Under the pieces are notes generated by a model. That model saw only the letters and a program-made list of their open reading frames with translations. It did no database searches and was not told the DNA's origin. The translations under genes and the position numbers were made by a program. Source: Clostridiales bacterium (GTDB lineage: Bacteria > Bacillota > Clostridia > Christensenellales > CAG-917). From it: a DNA stretch of 64,000 nucleotides. The DNA is taken from assembly GCA_022009995.1 (NCBI GenBank), contig CP091734.1, positions 18,801-82,800 of the forward strand, read 5' to 3'. Positions 43,694-53,020 of this stretch are shown here, piece by piece. How positions within the stretch are numbered: position 1 is the first letter of the stretch; each line of letters starts with the position of its first letter.

Positions 43694-44787
43694 TTATAAA
43701 ACAAGACCGATGATAAGGCCGCCGACGATTGCGGACGCGATTTGTCCCGAAACGTTTGCGCCGACAGCGTGCATCAGAAGGTGATTTGTAGGATCTTCCT
43801 TAATTCCCATTTTCTGCACTATTCGCGCGCTCATGGGGAATGCGGAAATACCAGCCGCGCCGATCATGGGATTGATTTTTTCTTTCAGGAACAAGTTCAT
43901 GACTTTTGCAAGCATCACGCCCGAGAACGTGTCGAAAATGAATGCACAAAGTCCCAGCCCCATAATCATAAGAGTCTGGACGGTTATGAAGTTTTCGGCT
44001 TTCATCGTAAACGCGATGGTGATGCCCAAAAACAGCGTAACAAGGTTTGTCAGCACGTCTTTTGCGGTGTCGGTAAGGTAATTCAGCACGCCGCACTCTC
44101 TTATGAGGTTGCCGAACATAAGCATGCCGACAAGCGACAACGACGCGGGCGCGATAAGCCCCGACACAATCGTTACGAGAATGGGGAACAGAATTTTCGT
44201 GCGTTTCGAAACCGAAGCGGGCTTGTATTCCATACGGATCAGACGCTCTTTTTGGTTGTCGTGAGTTTGATGACCGCGGGCTGAATAATCGGCACGAGCG
44301 CCATATACGAATACGCGACGACCATAATTGGTCCGACGTAATTACTTTTTAAGGTTTGCGCGACGACAATCGACGTAGGTCCGTCCGCCGCCCCGATAAT
44401 ACCGATCGACGCAGCGTCTTCGATGCTGAATCCGCAAGCTGCGGCAAGCAAAATCGTCAAAAATATGCCGAATTGCGCCGCCCCGCCGAACAAGAACAAC
44501 TTCGGGTTTGAAAGCAGCGGCCCGAAATCGATCATCGCGCCGATACCGATAAAGAGTACAAGCGGCATAATCTCGTTCATTTCGATTCCGATTGCGAAAA
44601 GACTGCTCATTACGCCCTCCGCGCCCGAAAACGGAATGTTGATAAGAATCGCACCGAATCCCATCGGCAACAACAGCGCGGGTTCCATATCCTTTTTGAT
44701 TGCAAGGAAAATCAACAGCGCGCCGAGACACCACATTATTACCTGTTGCCAGGTAACGGCTGCTATGGTTTCGTACAAAAATTCCAT
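43694..44787 (-). CDS. Sodium ion-translocating decarboxylase beta subunit (1 frameshift near 44236)
   Basis: Fragments 44239-44811 and 43694-44233. Polytopic, with GIIGAADGPTSI and AAGISAFPMSARIVQ typical of OadB/GcdB/MmdB. ~364 aa from MEFLYETI. Confidence 0.85.
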
Positions 44788-44794
44788 AAATCCT

Positions 44795-44831
44795 CCGAAA
44801 AAATATGGCAAGACTGTTGAACAGTCTTGCC
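44795..44831 (-). terminator. Perfect 10-bp hairpin + T-run between ilvE and the decarboxylase beta gene
   Basis: GGCAAGACTG-TTCAA-CAGTCTTGCC, then ATATTTTTT on the minus strand, ending 8 nt before the GGAGGA RBS. Confidence 0.75.
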
Positions 44832-44951
44832 AATTGTGATTAAACCAGAATAAAAATTCGTGTTAGTGACTTAATCTCGCCTTATAAAGACGACGGCTAC
44901 TCCCTATTACGAAATAATAATATTAAATCGCAAAAATTTTGTCAACGGTTT

Positions 44952-46006
44952 TCAGTTAAGTCTTACTACCCAGCCGAATTCGTCCTTGATTCTGCCGTAC
45001 TGAATCCCGGTGAGAGTGTCGTAAAGCCAGCCGGTGATTTTGCCCATTTTGCCGTCGTTTATGGTCATCACGTCGTCCTTGTAGCCGATTGTGCCGACGG
45101 GAGAAATAACAGCCGCCGTACCCGTGCCGAACGCCTCGTTAAGTTTCCCTTCCTTATAATCATTTTCAAGTTCGTCAATGGAAACCGCGCGTTCTTCGAC
45201 GGTGTATCCCGCGTGTTTCAGGACTTTGATTGCGCTGTCGCGGGTGATGCCGGGGAGAATCGTGCCGTCAAGCCACGGCGTAACGACTTTTCCGTCCAGA
45301 ACAAAGAACATATTCATGCTGCCGACTTCGCCGACGTACTTTTTCTCTTTCGCGTCCATCCACAAAACCTGCTCGTACCCTTTCTGTTTCGCAACTTCCG
45401 CCGCAAGCAGACTTGCCGCATAGTTGCCGCCGCATTTGCACTCGCCCGTGCCGCCGAGAGCCGCGCGGTTGAACACGTCTTCAACGTAAATACGCGTGGG
45501 TTCGAGCCCGTGAGCGTAATAACTGCCGACAGGACTTAAAATGACAAAGAAAATGTATTTCTTGCTGGGGTGCACGCCAAGGAAGTTTCGTTTGCGATCA
45601 TCGTCGGACGGATATAAAGGCTGGTGCCGGGATCTGTCGGAATCCAATCCTTTTCGATGCGGACAAGTTCAAAAATACCTTCCAGCACTTCATCCACGGG
45701 AAGTTCCGCCATGCACAGACGTTTCGCGCTTCTGTTCATACGAAGGATGTTGTCGCGCGGACGGAACATCGTGATTTTTCCGTCGGTGTTTTTATAGGCT
45801 TTCATACCCTCGAAAATTTCCTGACCGTAATGGAAAACGACGCTTGCTGGGTTCACCGCGATGTCAGAAAAAGGTCTGATCTCGACCTCTCCCCATTTGC
45901 CGTCGACGTACTCCATATAAAGCATGTGGTCGGTGAAGTATTTTCCGAACCCGAGGTTTTTGAAATCGGGTTTTTGCTTCAAGTTTTCAGTCAAAGTGAT
46001 TTTCAT
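44952..46006 (-). CDS. ilvE: Branched-chain amino acid aminotransferase (1 frameshift near 45540-45640)
   Basis: FGKYFTDHMLYMEY..VFHYGQEIFEGMKAY..; C-terminal part ..LGGTGECKCGGNYAASLLA..GTILPGITRDS. ~351 aa. Confidence 0.9.
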
Positions 46007-46022
46007 ATCTATACCTCAAATT

Positions 46023-46649
46023 TTATTCAAAAACGTAATAAGCGGTTGCGCCTTTTAAGACCGAAACCTGCCCCAAAAGCGCGCACGTAATATCCTTTTC
46101 GATATTGTCCGCGTCTTCCTTCGGCACCGCAATCGTCATTTTGACGTTGTCGGCAAAATCGGTGCTTAAAGTTGCAAAAACCTTGTCTTTAAGTGCCTGT
46201 AACAGCGCGTTGTACATTTCGTACCCGCACTTGATTTCCAGCGAAACGCCGACGACGTTCTTAACTATTTTTGCATTTTCGACGGTTTCTGCAACGGCGC
46301 GCGTATATGCGGAAACAAGCCCGCCCGCGCCAAGTTTTACGCCGCCGAAATATCTCGTGACGACCGCAGCCGTCATGAAAATTCCTTTCTTTTTCAACAC
46401 TTCCAGCATGGGTTGTCCCGCCGTGCCCTGCGGCTCTCCGTCGTCGGAAAAGCGTTGTTCCGTGCCCGCCGCGTTACTTATGAAAGCATAGCAGTTGTGG
46501 GTTGCGTCGGAATACTTTTTCTTCACGCTTTTCACAAACGACAAAGCGTCGTCGAAACCGTCGATTCTTTTCAAAGTGCAGATAAACCTGCTTCTTTGAA
46601 TGACGATTTCGCGCGTCGTTTCGCCCGTTGCCGAAAGATAAAAATCCAT
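46023..46649 (-). CDS. yigZ: YigZ (IMPACT/UPF0029) family protein
   Basis: Intact 208 aa. IQRSRFICTL...YSDATHNCYAFI. Confidence 0.85.
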   Translation of the reverse strand: MDFYLSATGETTREIVIQRSRFICTLKRIDGFDDALSFVKSVKKKYSDATHNCYAFISNAAGTEQRFSDDGEPQGTAGQPMLEVLKKKGIFMTAAVVTRYFGGVKLGAGGLVSAYTRAVAETVENAKIVKNVVGVSLEIKCGYEMYNALLQALKDKVFATLSTDFADNVKMTIAVPKEDADNIEKDITCALLGQVSVLKGATAYYVFE

Positions 46650-47839
46650 TATTTCACGCTCACCTTAAAGTGAACTTTTTTGCCCTTGTGAATGATGAAT
46701 TCGCGGCTTGTAACTTCCGCGTTGACGTCCGTTACCTTGTCGTCGTTCACGCGGATACCGCCGCCTTCGATAAGACGACGAGCCTCGCTTTTGCTCGGAG
46801 CGACGCCGATTGCGACAAGGATATCGATGACTTTCGTCGTGCCTTCTTCAATTGTTTTTTCGGGCATTTCCGCACCGTCGCCGAACGCGCCTTTCGACTG
46901 TTTCAAGGAAAGATCCGCGTCGTCTTTGCCGTGGACGAGTTTGGTGAGTTCATAGGCAAGCACTTCTTTCGCGCGGTTCATACGTTCGTCTTTGTATCTG
47001 CAAAGTTCCGCGATTTCGTCAAGGTCGATTTCGGTGAGGAGTTTCAGGCATTTCGACGTCCGCGTCGTCGATATTACGCCAGTACTGGAAGAATTCGTAA
47101 GGCGAGGTTTTTTCGCGGTCGAGCCATACCGCGCCTTTTTGGGTTTTGCCCATTTTCTTGCCTTCGGAAGTCGTGAGAAGCGCGGACGTCATCGCAAACG
47201 CGTCCTTGCCCTCTTTGCGCCTTATAAGGTCGACTCCCGCAAGCATATTCGACCACTGATCGTCGCCGCCGCATTCGAGCTCGCACCCGTATTTCTGTTG
47301 AGAACAAGAAAGTCGTACGCCTGCATCAGCATATAGTTGAATTCCAAAAAGGTAAGACCTTTTTCAAGGCGTTGTTTATAACATTCCGCCGTAAGCATTT
47401 TGTTGACGGAAAACACGCTGCCGATTTCACGCAAAAAGTCGATGTAGTTCAGGTCTTTCAGCCAGTCGGCGTTGTTGACCATAATCGCGGCGTTTTCGCC
47501 CTCAAACGACAAAAATTTACTCATTTGTTCCTTAAAGCAATCGCAGTTATGTTGCACGGTTTCGGCGGTCATGACCTTTCTCAAATCGCTTCTCCCCGAC
47601 GGATCGCCGATCATACCCGTGCCTCCGCCGATAAGGATAATGGGACGATGTCCCGCTTTCTGCATCCATCTCATGACGATAAGCTGAATGAAGTGTCCGA
47701 CGTGCAGGCTGTCCGCCGTCGGATCGAAGCCGATATAAAACGACATGTGCTCCGAGCCGAGCTTTTTATATAAATCTTCTTCGTAAACGGTTTGCTTAAT
47801 AAAACCGCGCGCTTTAAGAGTATCGAATACGTTTTCCAT
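46649..47839 (-). CDS. tyrS: Tyrosine--tRNA ligase (2 frameshifts)
   Basis: HIGH motif [16 protein letters not shown]-type KKMGKT, and S4-like C-terminus (46649-46981). ~397 aa. Confidence 0.92.
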
Positions 47840-47844
47840 TTATC

Positions 47845-49035
47845 TTAGTCCTCCAATAATTTCGTAAAGTATTCCGCAAGGGATTTTATCCCTTTTTCGA
47901 TTTGTTCTTCCGTTGCGTTGGAATAGTTAAGGCGGAAAGTGTTGAATGTTTTGCCGTCCGCAAAGAACGAACTTCCGGGCACGTAGGCGCAGCCCGTTTT
48001 TTCGACGACGTCCTTAAAGATATCGTCGGTGTTTATGCCCTTTCTTGCAAATTCCGCAAATATGAACAGCCCGCCGTCGGGATTCGTGAACCTTATTCCC
48101 TTTGGCATATATTTTTGAATCGCCGCGTACATCGCGTCCTTTTTCGCCTTATAAACGGGAATGATTTCGTCGATATGGGTGTCGAGCCGACCTTCCCTTA
48201 TATATCTGTCGATTATCGCCTGCGACAGCGACGAAGTGTGCACGTCGGACGCCTGCTTCCCGATTGTCAGTTTCCTTATGATTTCGGGTGCCGCAACGAC
48301 AACTCCCGTACGAAGCCCCGGCGAGATCACCTTTGAGAAACTCGTCTGATAAATCACGATGCCGTCCGTATCGTACGACTTAATCGACGGCACTCTTTCG
48401 CCCGAAAACCTTATTTCGCCATAAGGGTTGTCTTCAAGGATTATCACGCCGTGTTTTTTGCAGATTGCGTAAATCGCTTCTCGTTTTTCCTTTGACAGCG
48501 TTTTGCCCGAAGGATTGCTGAAATTCGGCACGAGATACAAAATTTTCGGCGCGTAAAACACGATCTTTTTCGCAAGGTCAAGGATATTTATCCCGTCCTC
48601 GTCGCTGTCGACGCCGATTGCCTCGCCCTCGTACGTTTTAAGGATATGGAGCGCTGCAAGATAAGTCGGATTTTCGACAAGCACCCTGTCGCCTTTGTTG
48701 ATAAACGCCTTGAACGTAAGGTCGATACCCTGTTGTCCGCCCGACACGATAAGCGTCGATTCTGGCGTGGCGGTAACGCCGTCGCGACGGACGTATTCCC
48801 CTGCCGATTCGATAAGCGGACGATACCCTTCCGTGCCGCCGTATTGCAGAATTTCCGCGCCGTTTTCCGACAACACCTTGTCGGCGATTTCCCTGATTTC
48901 GTCAACGGGCAAAGTTTCCTTTGCGGGAAAGCCGCCTGCGAAACTTATTATCCCCGGGGTTGACAAAAGTTTGAAAATCTCACGGATTGCGTTGCCCTTC
49001 AAATTTTTTAATCTGTCTGAAAACTGATATTCCAT
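47845..49035 (-). CDS. PLP-dependent aminotransferase (class I/II fold, LysN/aminoadipate-type)
   Basis: Intact 396 aa. ENPTYLAAL, PNFSNPSG, PLP-lysine context TSFSKVISPGLR. Confidence 0.85.
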   Translation of the reverse strand: MEYQFSDRLKNLKGNAIREIFKLLSTPGIISFAGGFPAKETLPVDEIREIADKVLSENGAEILQYGGTEGYRPLIESAGEYVRRDGVTATPESTLIVSGGQQGIDLTFKAFINKGDRVLVENPTYLAALHILKTYEGEAIGVDSDEDGINILDLAKKIVFYAPKILYLVPNFSNPSGKTLSKEKREAIYAICKKHGVIILEDNPYGEIRFSGERVPSIKSYDTDGIVIYQTSFSKVISPGLRTGVVVAAPEIIRKLTIGKQASDVHTSSLSQAIIDRYIREGRLDTHIDEIIPVYKAKKDAMYAAIQKYMPKGIRFTNPDGGLFIFAEFARKGINTDDIFKDVVEKTGCAYVPGSSFFADGKTFNTFRLNYSNATEEQIEKGIKSLAEYFTKLLED

Positions 49036-49176
49036 TATTTTACCGATATTTCATAAACATTTCGGATATTATACCACACAAGTCGCGTAAACTGCAAAGG
49101 ATATTCGCCACAAAAAACGACATTGCTTATTTTTTTTGTCAATTTGGCGATAACGCTTTTATTTTTCCGACGTTTA

Positions 49177-49185
49177 TGATATACT
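49177..49185 (+). promoter_or_regulatory. Extended -10 promoter candidate for the NifU-like/GGGtGRT pair
   Basis: TGATATACT (TGnTATAAT-like) 47 nt upstream of the ATG. I found no convincing -35. Confidence 0.3.
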
Positions 49186-49231
49186 GTTGAAAGTTAAAAT
49201 AATAACAAACTCTTTCGGAGGTATATGACAA

Positions 49232-49924
49232 ATGCAATACTCAAATGAAGTTGTTGAAATGTGCTGTGTCAAAAAAGGTCCCAACCACGGTCCCTCCCCC
49301 ATTCCCGAGGAAGGCAAATGGATTCAGGCAAAAGAAATTAAGGACATCAGCGGTTTCACTCACGGCGTAGGCTGGTGCGCTCCCCAACAAGGCGCGTGCA
49401 AACTTTCCCTTAACGTCAAAAACGGCGTTATCGAAGAAGCCCTTGTCGAAACGATCGGTTGCAGCGGTATGACTCACTCTGCGGCTATGGCTGCCGAAAT
49501 TCTTACCGGCAAAACCATTCTCGAAGCGCTCAATACCGACCTTGTATGCGACGCAATCAACACCGCAATGCGCGAACTGTTCCTGCAAATCGTTTACGGT
49601 CGTTCCCAGTCCGCTTTCTCGGACGACGGTCTTGTTATCGGCGCGTCCCTCGAAGACCTCGGAAAAGGTCTGAGAAGCCAGGTCGGCACGATGTTCTCCA
49701 CAAAGGCAAAAGGCGTACGCTACCTTGAAATGGCAGAAGGCTACGTCACCCGCGTCGGTCTTGACGAAGAAGGCGAAGTCATCGGTTACGAATTCGTCCA
49801 CCTCGGAAAAATGATGGAAATGATCAAAAAAGGCGTTTCCGCCGACGAAGCGCTCAAAAAATGTACGGGAAGTTACGGCCGTTTCGCAACCGCCGCAAAA
49901 TACATCGACCCCCGCAAAGAGTAA
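49232..49924 (+). CDS. IscU/NifU-like Fe-S scaffold-domain protein with ~100-aa C-terminal extension
   Basis: Intact 230 aa. The three scaffold-type Cys contexts are GACKLSL, IGCSGMTHSAAMAAE and DLVCDAINTA. GGAGG RBS. Confidence 0.8.
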   Translation: MQYSNEVVEMCCVKKGPNHGPSPIPEEGKWIQAKEIKDISGFTHGVGWCAPQQGACKLSLNVKNGVIEEALVETIGCSGMTHSAAMAAEILTGKTILEALNTDLVCDAINTAMRELFLQIVYGRSQSAFSDDGLVIGASLEDLGKGLRSQVGTMFSTKAKGVRYLEMAEGYVTRVGLDEEGEVIGYEFVHLGKMMEMIKKGVSADEALKKCTGSYGRFATAAKYIDPRKE

Positions 49925-49939
49925 TAGGAGGATACTGCA

Positions 49940-50938
49940 ATGATCAAATTCGAAGGTTATGAAAGACGTATTGATAAAATCATGGGTGTCCTTAAAGAAT
50001 ACGGCATCGCTTCCCTTGAAGACGCGCAGAAAATCTGCCTGGACAAAGGCGTTGACTGCGACGCAATCGTAAAAGGTATCCAACCCATCGCGTTCGACAA
50101 CGCCGTCTGGGCTTATACCGTAGGCTGTGCAATCGCAATCAAGAAACTGCAAAAAAGCCGCGGACGCCGCCGAAGCAATCGGTATCGGTCTGCAATCGTT
50201 CTGCATTCCGGGCTCGGTCGCGGAAAACCGCAAAGTCGGTCTCGGTCACGGCAACCTCGCCGCAATGCTCCTTCGCGACGAAACCAATGCTTCGCTTTCC
50301 TTGCAGGTCACGAAAGTTTCGCGGCAGCAGAAGGCGCAATCGGTATCGCGCGCTCGGCAAACAAGGTTCGTAAAGAGCCCTTGCAAGTCATTCTGAACGG
50401 GCTTGGAAAAGACGCCGCTTTCATCATCAGCCGCATAAACGGCTTCACCTACGTACAAACCGATTACGACCAGTACACCGATACCCTTAAAGTCGTCAAA
50501 ACCACCGCTTACAGCGACGGCGAACGCGCAAAGGTTCGTTGCTACGGCGCAAACGACGTGAACGAAGGCGTTGCTATCATGCGCCACGAAAGCGTCGACG
50601 TTTCCATCACCGGCAACAGCACCAACCCCACCCGTTTCCAACATCCCGTTGCAGGCACTTACAAGAAATGGTGCTGGGATAACGGCAAAAAATACTTCTC
50701 CGTTGCGTCGGGCGGCGGCACGGGACGTACCCTGCACCCCGATAACATGGCGGCAGGCCCCGCGTCTTACGGCATGACCGATACGATGGGACGTATGCAC
50801 AGCGACGCACAGTTCGCAGGAAGCAGCTCCGTTCCCGCTCACGTCGAAATGATGGGACTTATCGGTATGGGTAACAATCCTATGGTTGGCGCAACCGTTG
50901 CTTGTGCTGTTGCAGTACAAGAAGGTATGAACAAATAA
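49940..50938 (+). CDS. GGGtGRT-family protein, function unknown (internal compensated double frameshift ~50150-50290)
   Basis: 332 aa. Eponymous motif SVASGGGTGRTLHPDN. The middle reads Arg/Ser nonsense, but the neighbouring frame (ORF 50127-50396) gives AADAAEAIGIGLQSFCIPGSVAENRKVGLGHGNLAAMLLRDE. Confidence 0.85.
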   Translation: MIKFEGYERRIDKIMGVLKEYGIASLEDAQKICLDKGVDCDAIVKGIQPIAFDNAVWAYTVGCAIAIKKLQKSRGRRRSNRYRSAIVLHSGLGRGKPQSRSRSRQPRRNAPSRRNQCFAFLAGHESFAAAEGAIGIARSANKVRKEPLQVILNGLGKDAAFIISRINGFTYVQTDYDQYTDTLKVVKTTAYSDGERAKVRCYGANDVNEGVAIMRHESVDVSITGNSTNPTRFQHPVAGTYKKWCWDNGKKYFSVASGGGTGRTLHPDNMAAGPASYGMTDTMGRMHSDAQFAGSSSVPAHVEMMGLIGMGNNPMVGATVACAVAVQEGMNK

Positions 50939-50941
50939 TAA
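50893..50941 (+). repeat. Direct repeat copy 1 (authentic 3' end of the GGGtGRT gene)
   Basis: 49 nt, 47/49 identical to 51026-51074. Confidence 0.9.
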
Positions 50942-50986
50942 AAAGCAACGGGGGTTTTGAATAAACCCGCCTCTTGCACAAACATC

Positions 50987-51015
50987 AAACGGCACTCGTA
51001 AGGGTGCCGTTTTTG
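50987..51015 (+). terminator. Intrinsic terminator of the NifU-like/GGGtGRT operon
   Basis: Stem ACGGCAC/GTGCCGT followed by TTTT. Confidence 0.7.
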
Positions 51016-51025
51016 GTTTATTTAA

Positions 51026-51074
51026 AACCGTTGCTTGTGCTGTTGCAGTACAAGAAGGAATGAGCAAATAATAA
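51026..51074 (+). repeat. Direct repeat copy 2 (orphan duplicate of the GGGtGRT gene tail, including stop codons)
   Basis: AACCGTTGCTTGTGCTGTTGCAGTACAAGAAGGaATGAgCAAATAATAA would encode TVACAVAVQEGMSK*, versus ..GMNK* in the gene. Confidence 0.9.
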
Positions 51075-51092
51075 TAATTACATTTTTCAAGC

Positions 51093-51135
51093 AAAAACGG
51101 CACTCACGTGAGTGCCGTTTACTTTTGTTTTTTTT
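51093..51135. terminator. Bidirectional terminator (perfect 26-nt palindrome)
   Basis: AAACGGCACTCAC/GTGAGTGCCGTTT flanked by an A-run and a long T-run. It shares the ACGGCAC..GTGCCGT core with the terminator at 50987-51015. Confidence 0.8.
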
Positions 51136-51189
51136 GAAAAATCCATAACTTGGCAACGCCAAATATCACTGCGTAAACAATATCACTTT

Positions 51190-52265
51190 TTAGTCTGCGA
51201 CAAGCGTGATTCTGTCGCACACCACAAGACTGAAAAAGTCGGCTGCCCAGCCAAGCAAAAACAGCGGTATCAGCAATATTCCCGCAATAAGCGTCGCCCT
51301 GTGACGCGTTTCGTAAAACTTCTGGAAACGATATAAACTGCAAAGTATCCCGCCGAAGAAAAGATATAAAAACGTCTTCACGTTGTGCGGCAGCGCGTCG
51401 AACGCTTCGGTAATGGTGCGGCGGATTTTGCCTTCTTCGATGGGGATACGCACGACGAAACGGCTGCCCTTTTCTTTCTTGCTTTTGACCTCGATAACGC
51501 CGCTTAAATCGTCGACGATTTCTTTCGTGATATAAAGTCCCAGTCCGTTGCTTCCCGAAACCGTTCTGGACTTATCTTCCATATAAAATTTATCAAAGAT
51601 AAACGGCAGACTTTCGCCCGAAATGCCCGAGCCGTTGTCGCGGACGATAACGCGGACTTCCTTACCGACTTTTTTGGCTTTTACGACGATTTTGCCGCCG
51701 CTTGGCGTATATTTTATGGCGTTGCTGATGAGGTTCTGTAAAACGCGTGCAAGTTGCTGGCGGTTTGCGTAAACGGTAACGTACGGCGCGCCCTTAACGA
51801 TGAACGTGAGTTTTTTGGATTGCGCGAGTTTTTCGTATTTCAACGCTTCCGTTTTGAAAAATTCGCCGAAAAGCACGCTCTCTTTTATGCTGCCGATTGA
51901 CTGGATTTCGTTTCTTGACGATTCGACCAGCGTCAGCACCTGACTGTTCATTTCCTCGGTTTTTTGAAGAATAAGCGCGGTATAATCCTTATCGTCCATA
52001 CCGTCCGACAGACTTTCGGCGTAACCGGAAATAACGGCAAGGGGCGTTTCAGGTCGTGCGCGACCGAGGCAATCATCACCTTGCGTTTTTCGTCGTCGGC
52101 TTTATTTTTGTCGCGCGCGTCGCGCATGCTTCGGCGCAGGGTTTCAAGTTGTTTGAAAATACGGCGCTCGAAAACGTCGCCCTCAATCGAAATCGGGGTG
52201 TCGATGTCCAATCGATTAAGTTGTGCGATGGCGTCGTAAACGCTTCTTCTCGTTTTTCTTTTCAA
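51190..52265 (-). CDS. Histidine kinase lacking an N-terminal sensor/TM region but with a C-terminal two-helix membrane anchor (1 frameshift near 51950-52000)
   Basis: H-box MIASVAHDLK(T/R)PL. N/G boxes LQNLISNAIKYT, DNGSGISGE, GSNGLGLYITKEIV. C-terminus ..TFLYLFFGGILCSLY..ATLIAGILLIPLFLLGWAADFFSLVV. Confidence 0.85.
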
Positions 52266-52270
52266 TTAGG

Positions 52271-52951
52271 TCAATCCTGCCACTTATAGCCAAGCCCCCA
52301 GATCGTAACGATATTGTTTACCCCGGCTTTTTCAAGTTTTTCGCGAAGTCGCGCGATTGTTACGACCACGGTGTTTTCGTCGATGTATTCGTCAATGCCC
52401 CACACCGCGTCGATAAGTTTTTGCTTGCTGAAAATCTGATTCTGATTGAGCGTCAGAAAGTCCAGAATTTTGAACTCTTTTGCGGTGAGATTGAGCGGCT
52501 CGCCGTTGACTTTCGCCTCAAACCTTTCGGACGAGATCATAAGCGCGCCGAAGTGTCTGTCCGCGTTTGCCGCGGGACGGTTAAGGTCGTAATAACGCCT
52601 TATCTGAGCGTTTACCCTGCACACCATTTCCTTGAACGAGAACGGCTTTGTGATATAGTCGTCCGCGCCGAGTTCAAAAAGGCGTATCTTGTCTTCTTCC
52701 GCAACCTTCGCCGAAACGACGATGATGGGTATGTTCATGTCGCGCCTGATACTTTCGCAAACCTCGTATCCGTCGGCGACGGGCATCATTATGTCCAGTA
52801 AAATAAGATCGGGCGAGAGCCTGCGCGCTTGCTCGATTGCGTCCCCGCCGTCAAATGCCTGCGACACGACGTAGCCGGCGCGGATAAGATAATTCCGCAT
52901 AGTGTCCGAAATTTCCAGGTTATCTTCTGCAATCAAAATACGTCTTTGCAT
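52271..52951 (-). CDS. OmpR/PhoB-family response regulator
   Basis: Intact 226 aa. ILIAEDN..DLILLDIMMPVADG. C-terminus TIWGLGYKW. Confidence 0.93.
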   Translation of the reverse strand: MQRRILIAEDNLEISDTMRNYLIRAGYVVSQAFDGGDAIEQARRLSPDLILLDIMMPVADGYEVCESIRRDMNIPIIVVSAKVAEEDKIRLFELGADDYITKPFSFKEMVCRVNAQIRRYYDLNRPAANADRHFGALMISSERFEAKVNGEPLNLTAKEFKILDFLTLNQNQIFSKQKLIDAVWGIDEYIDENTVVVTIARLREKLEKAGVNNIVTIWGLGYKWQD

Positions 52952-53020
52952 TATATTGTCCTTTTTTGTGCCTTTATTATCTTATTATACTTTGAAATTC
53001 TTATATTTTCAAGTCTTTAT

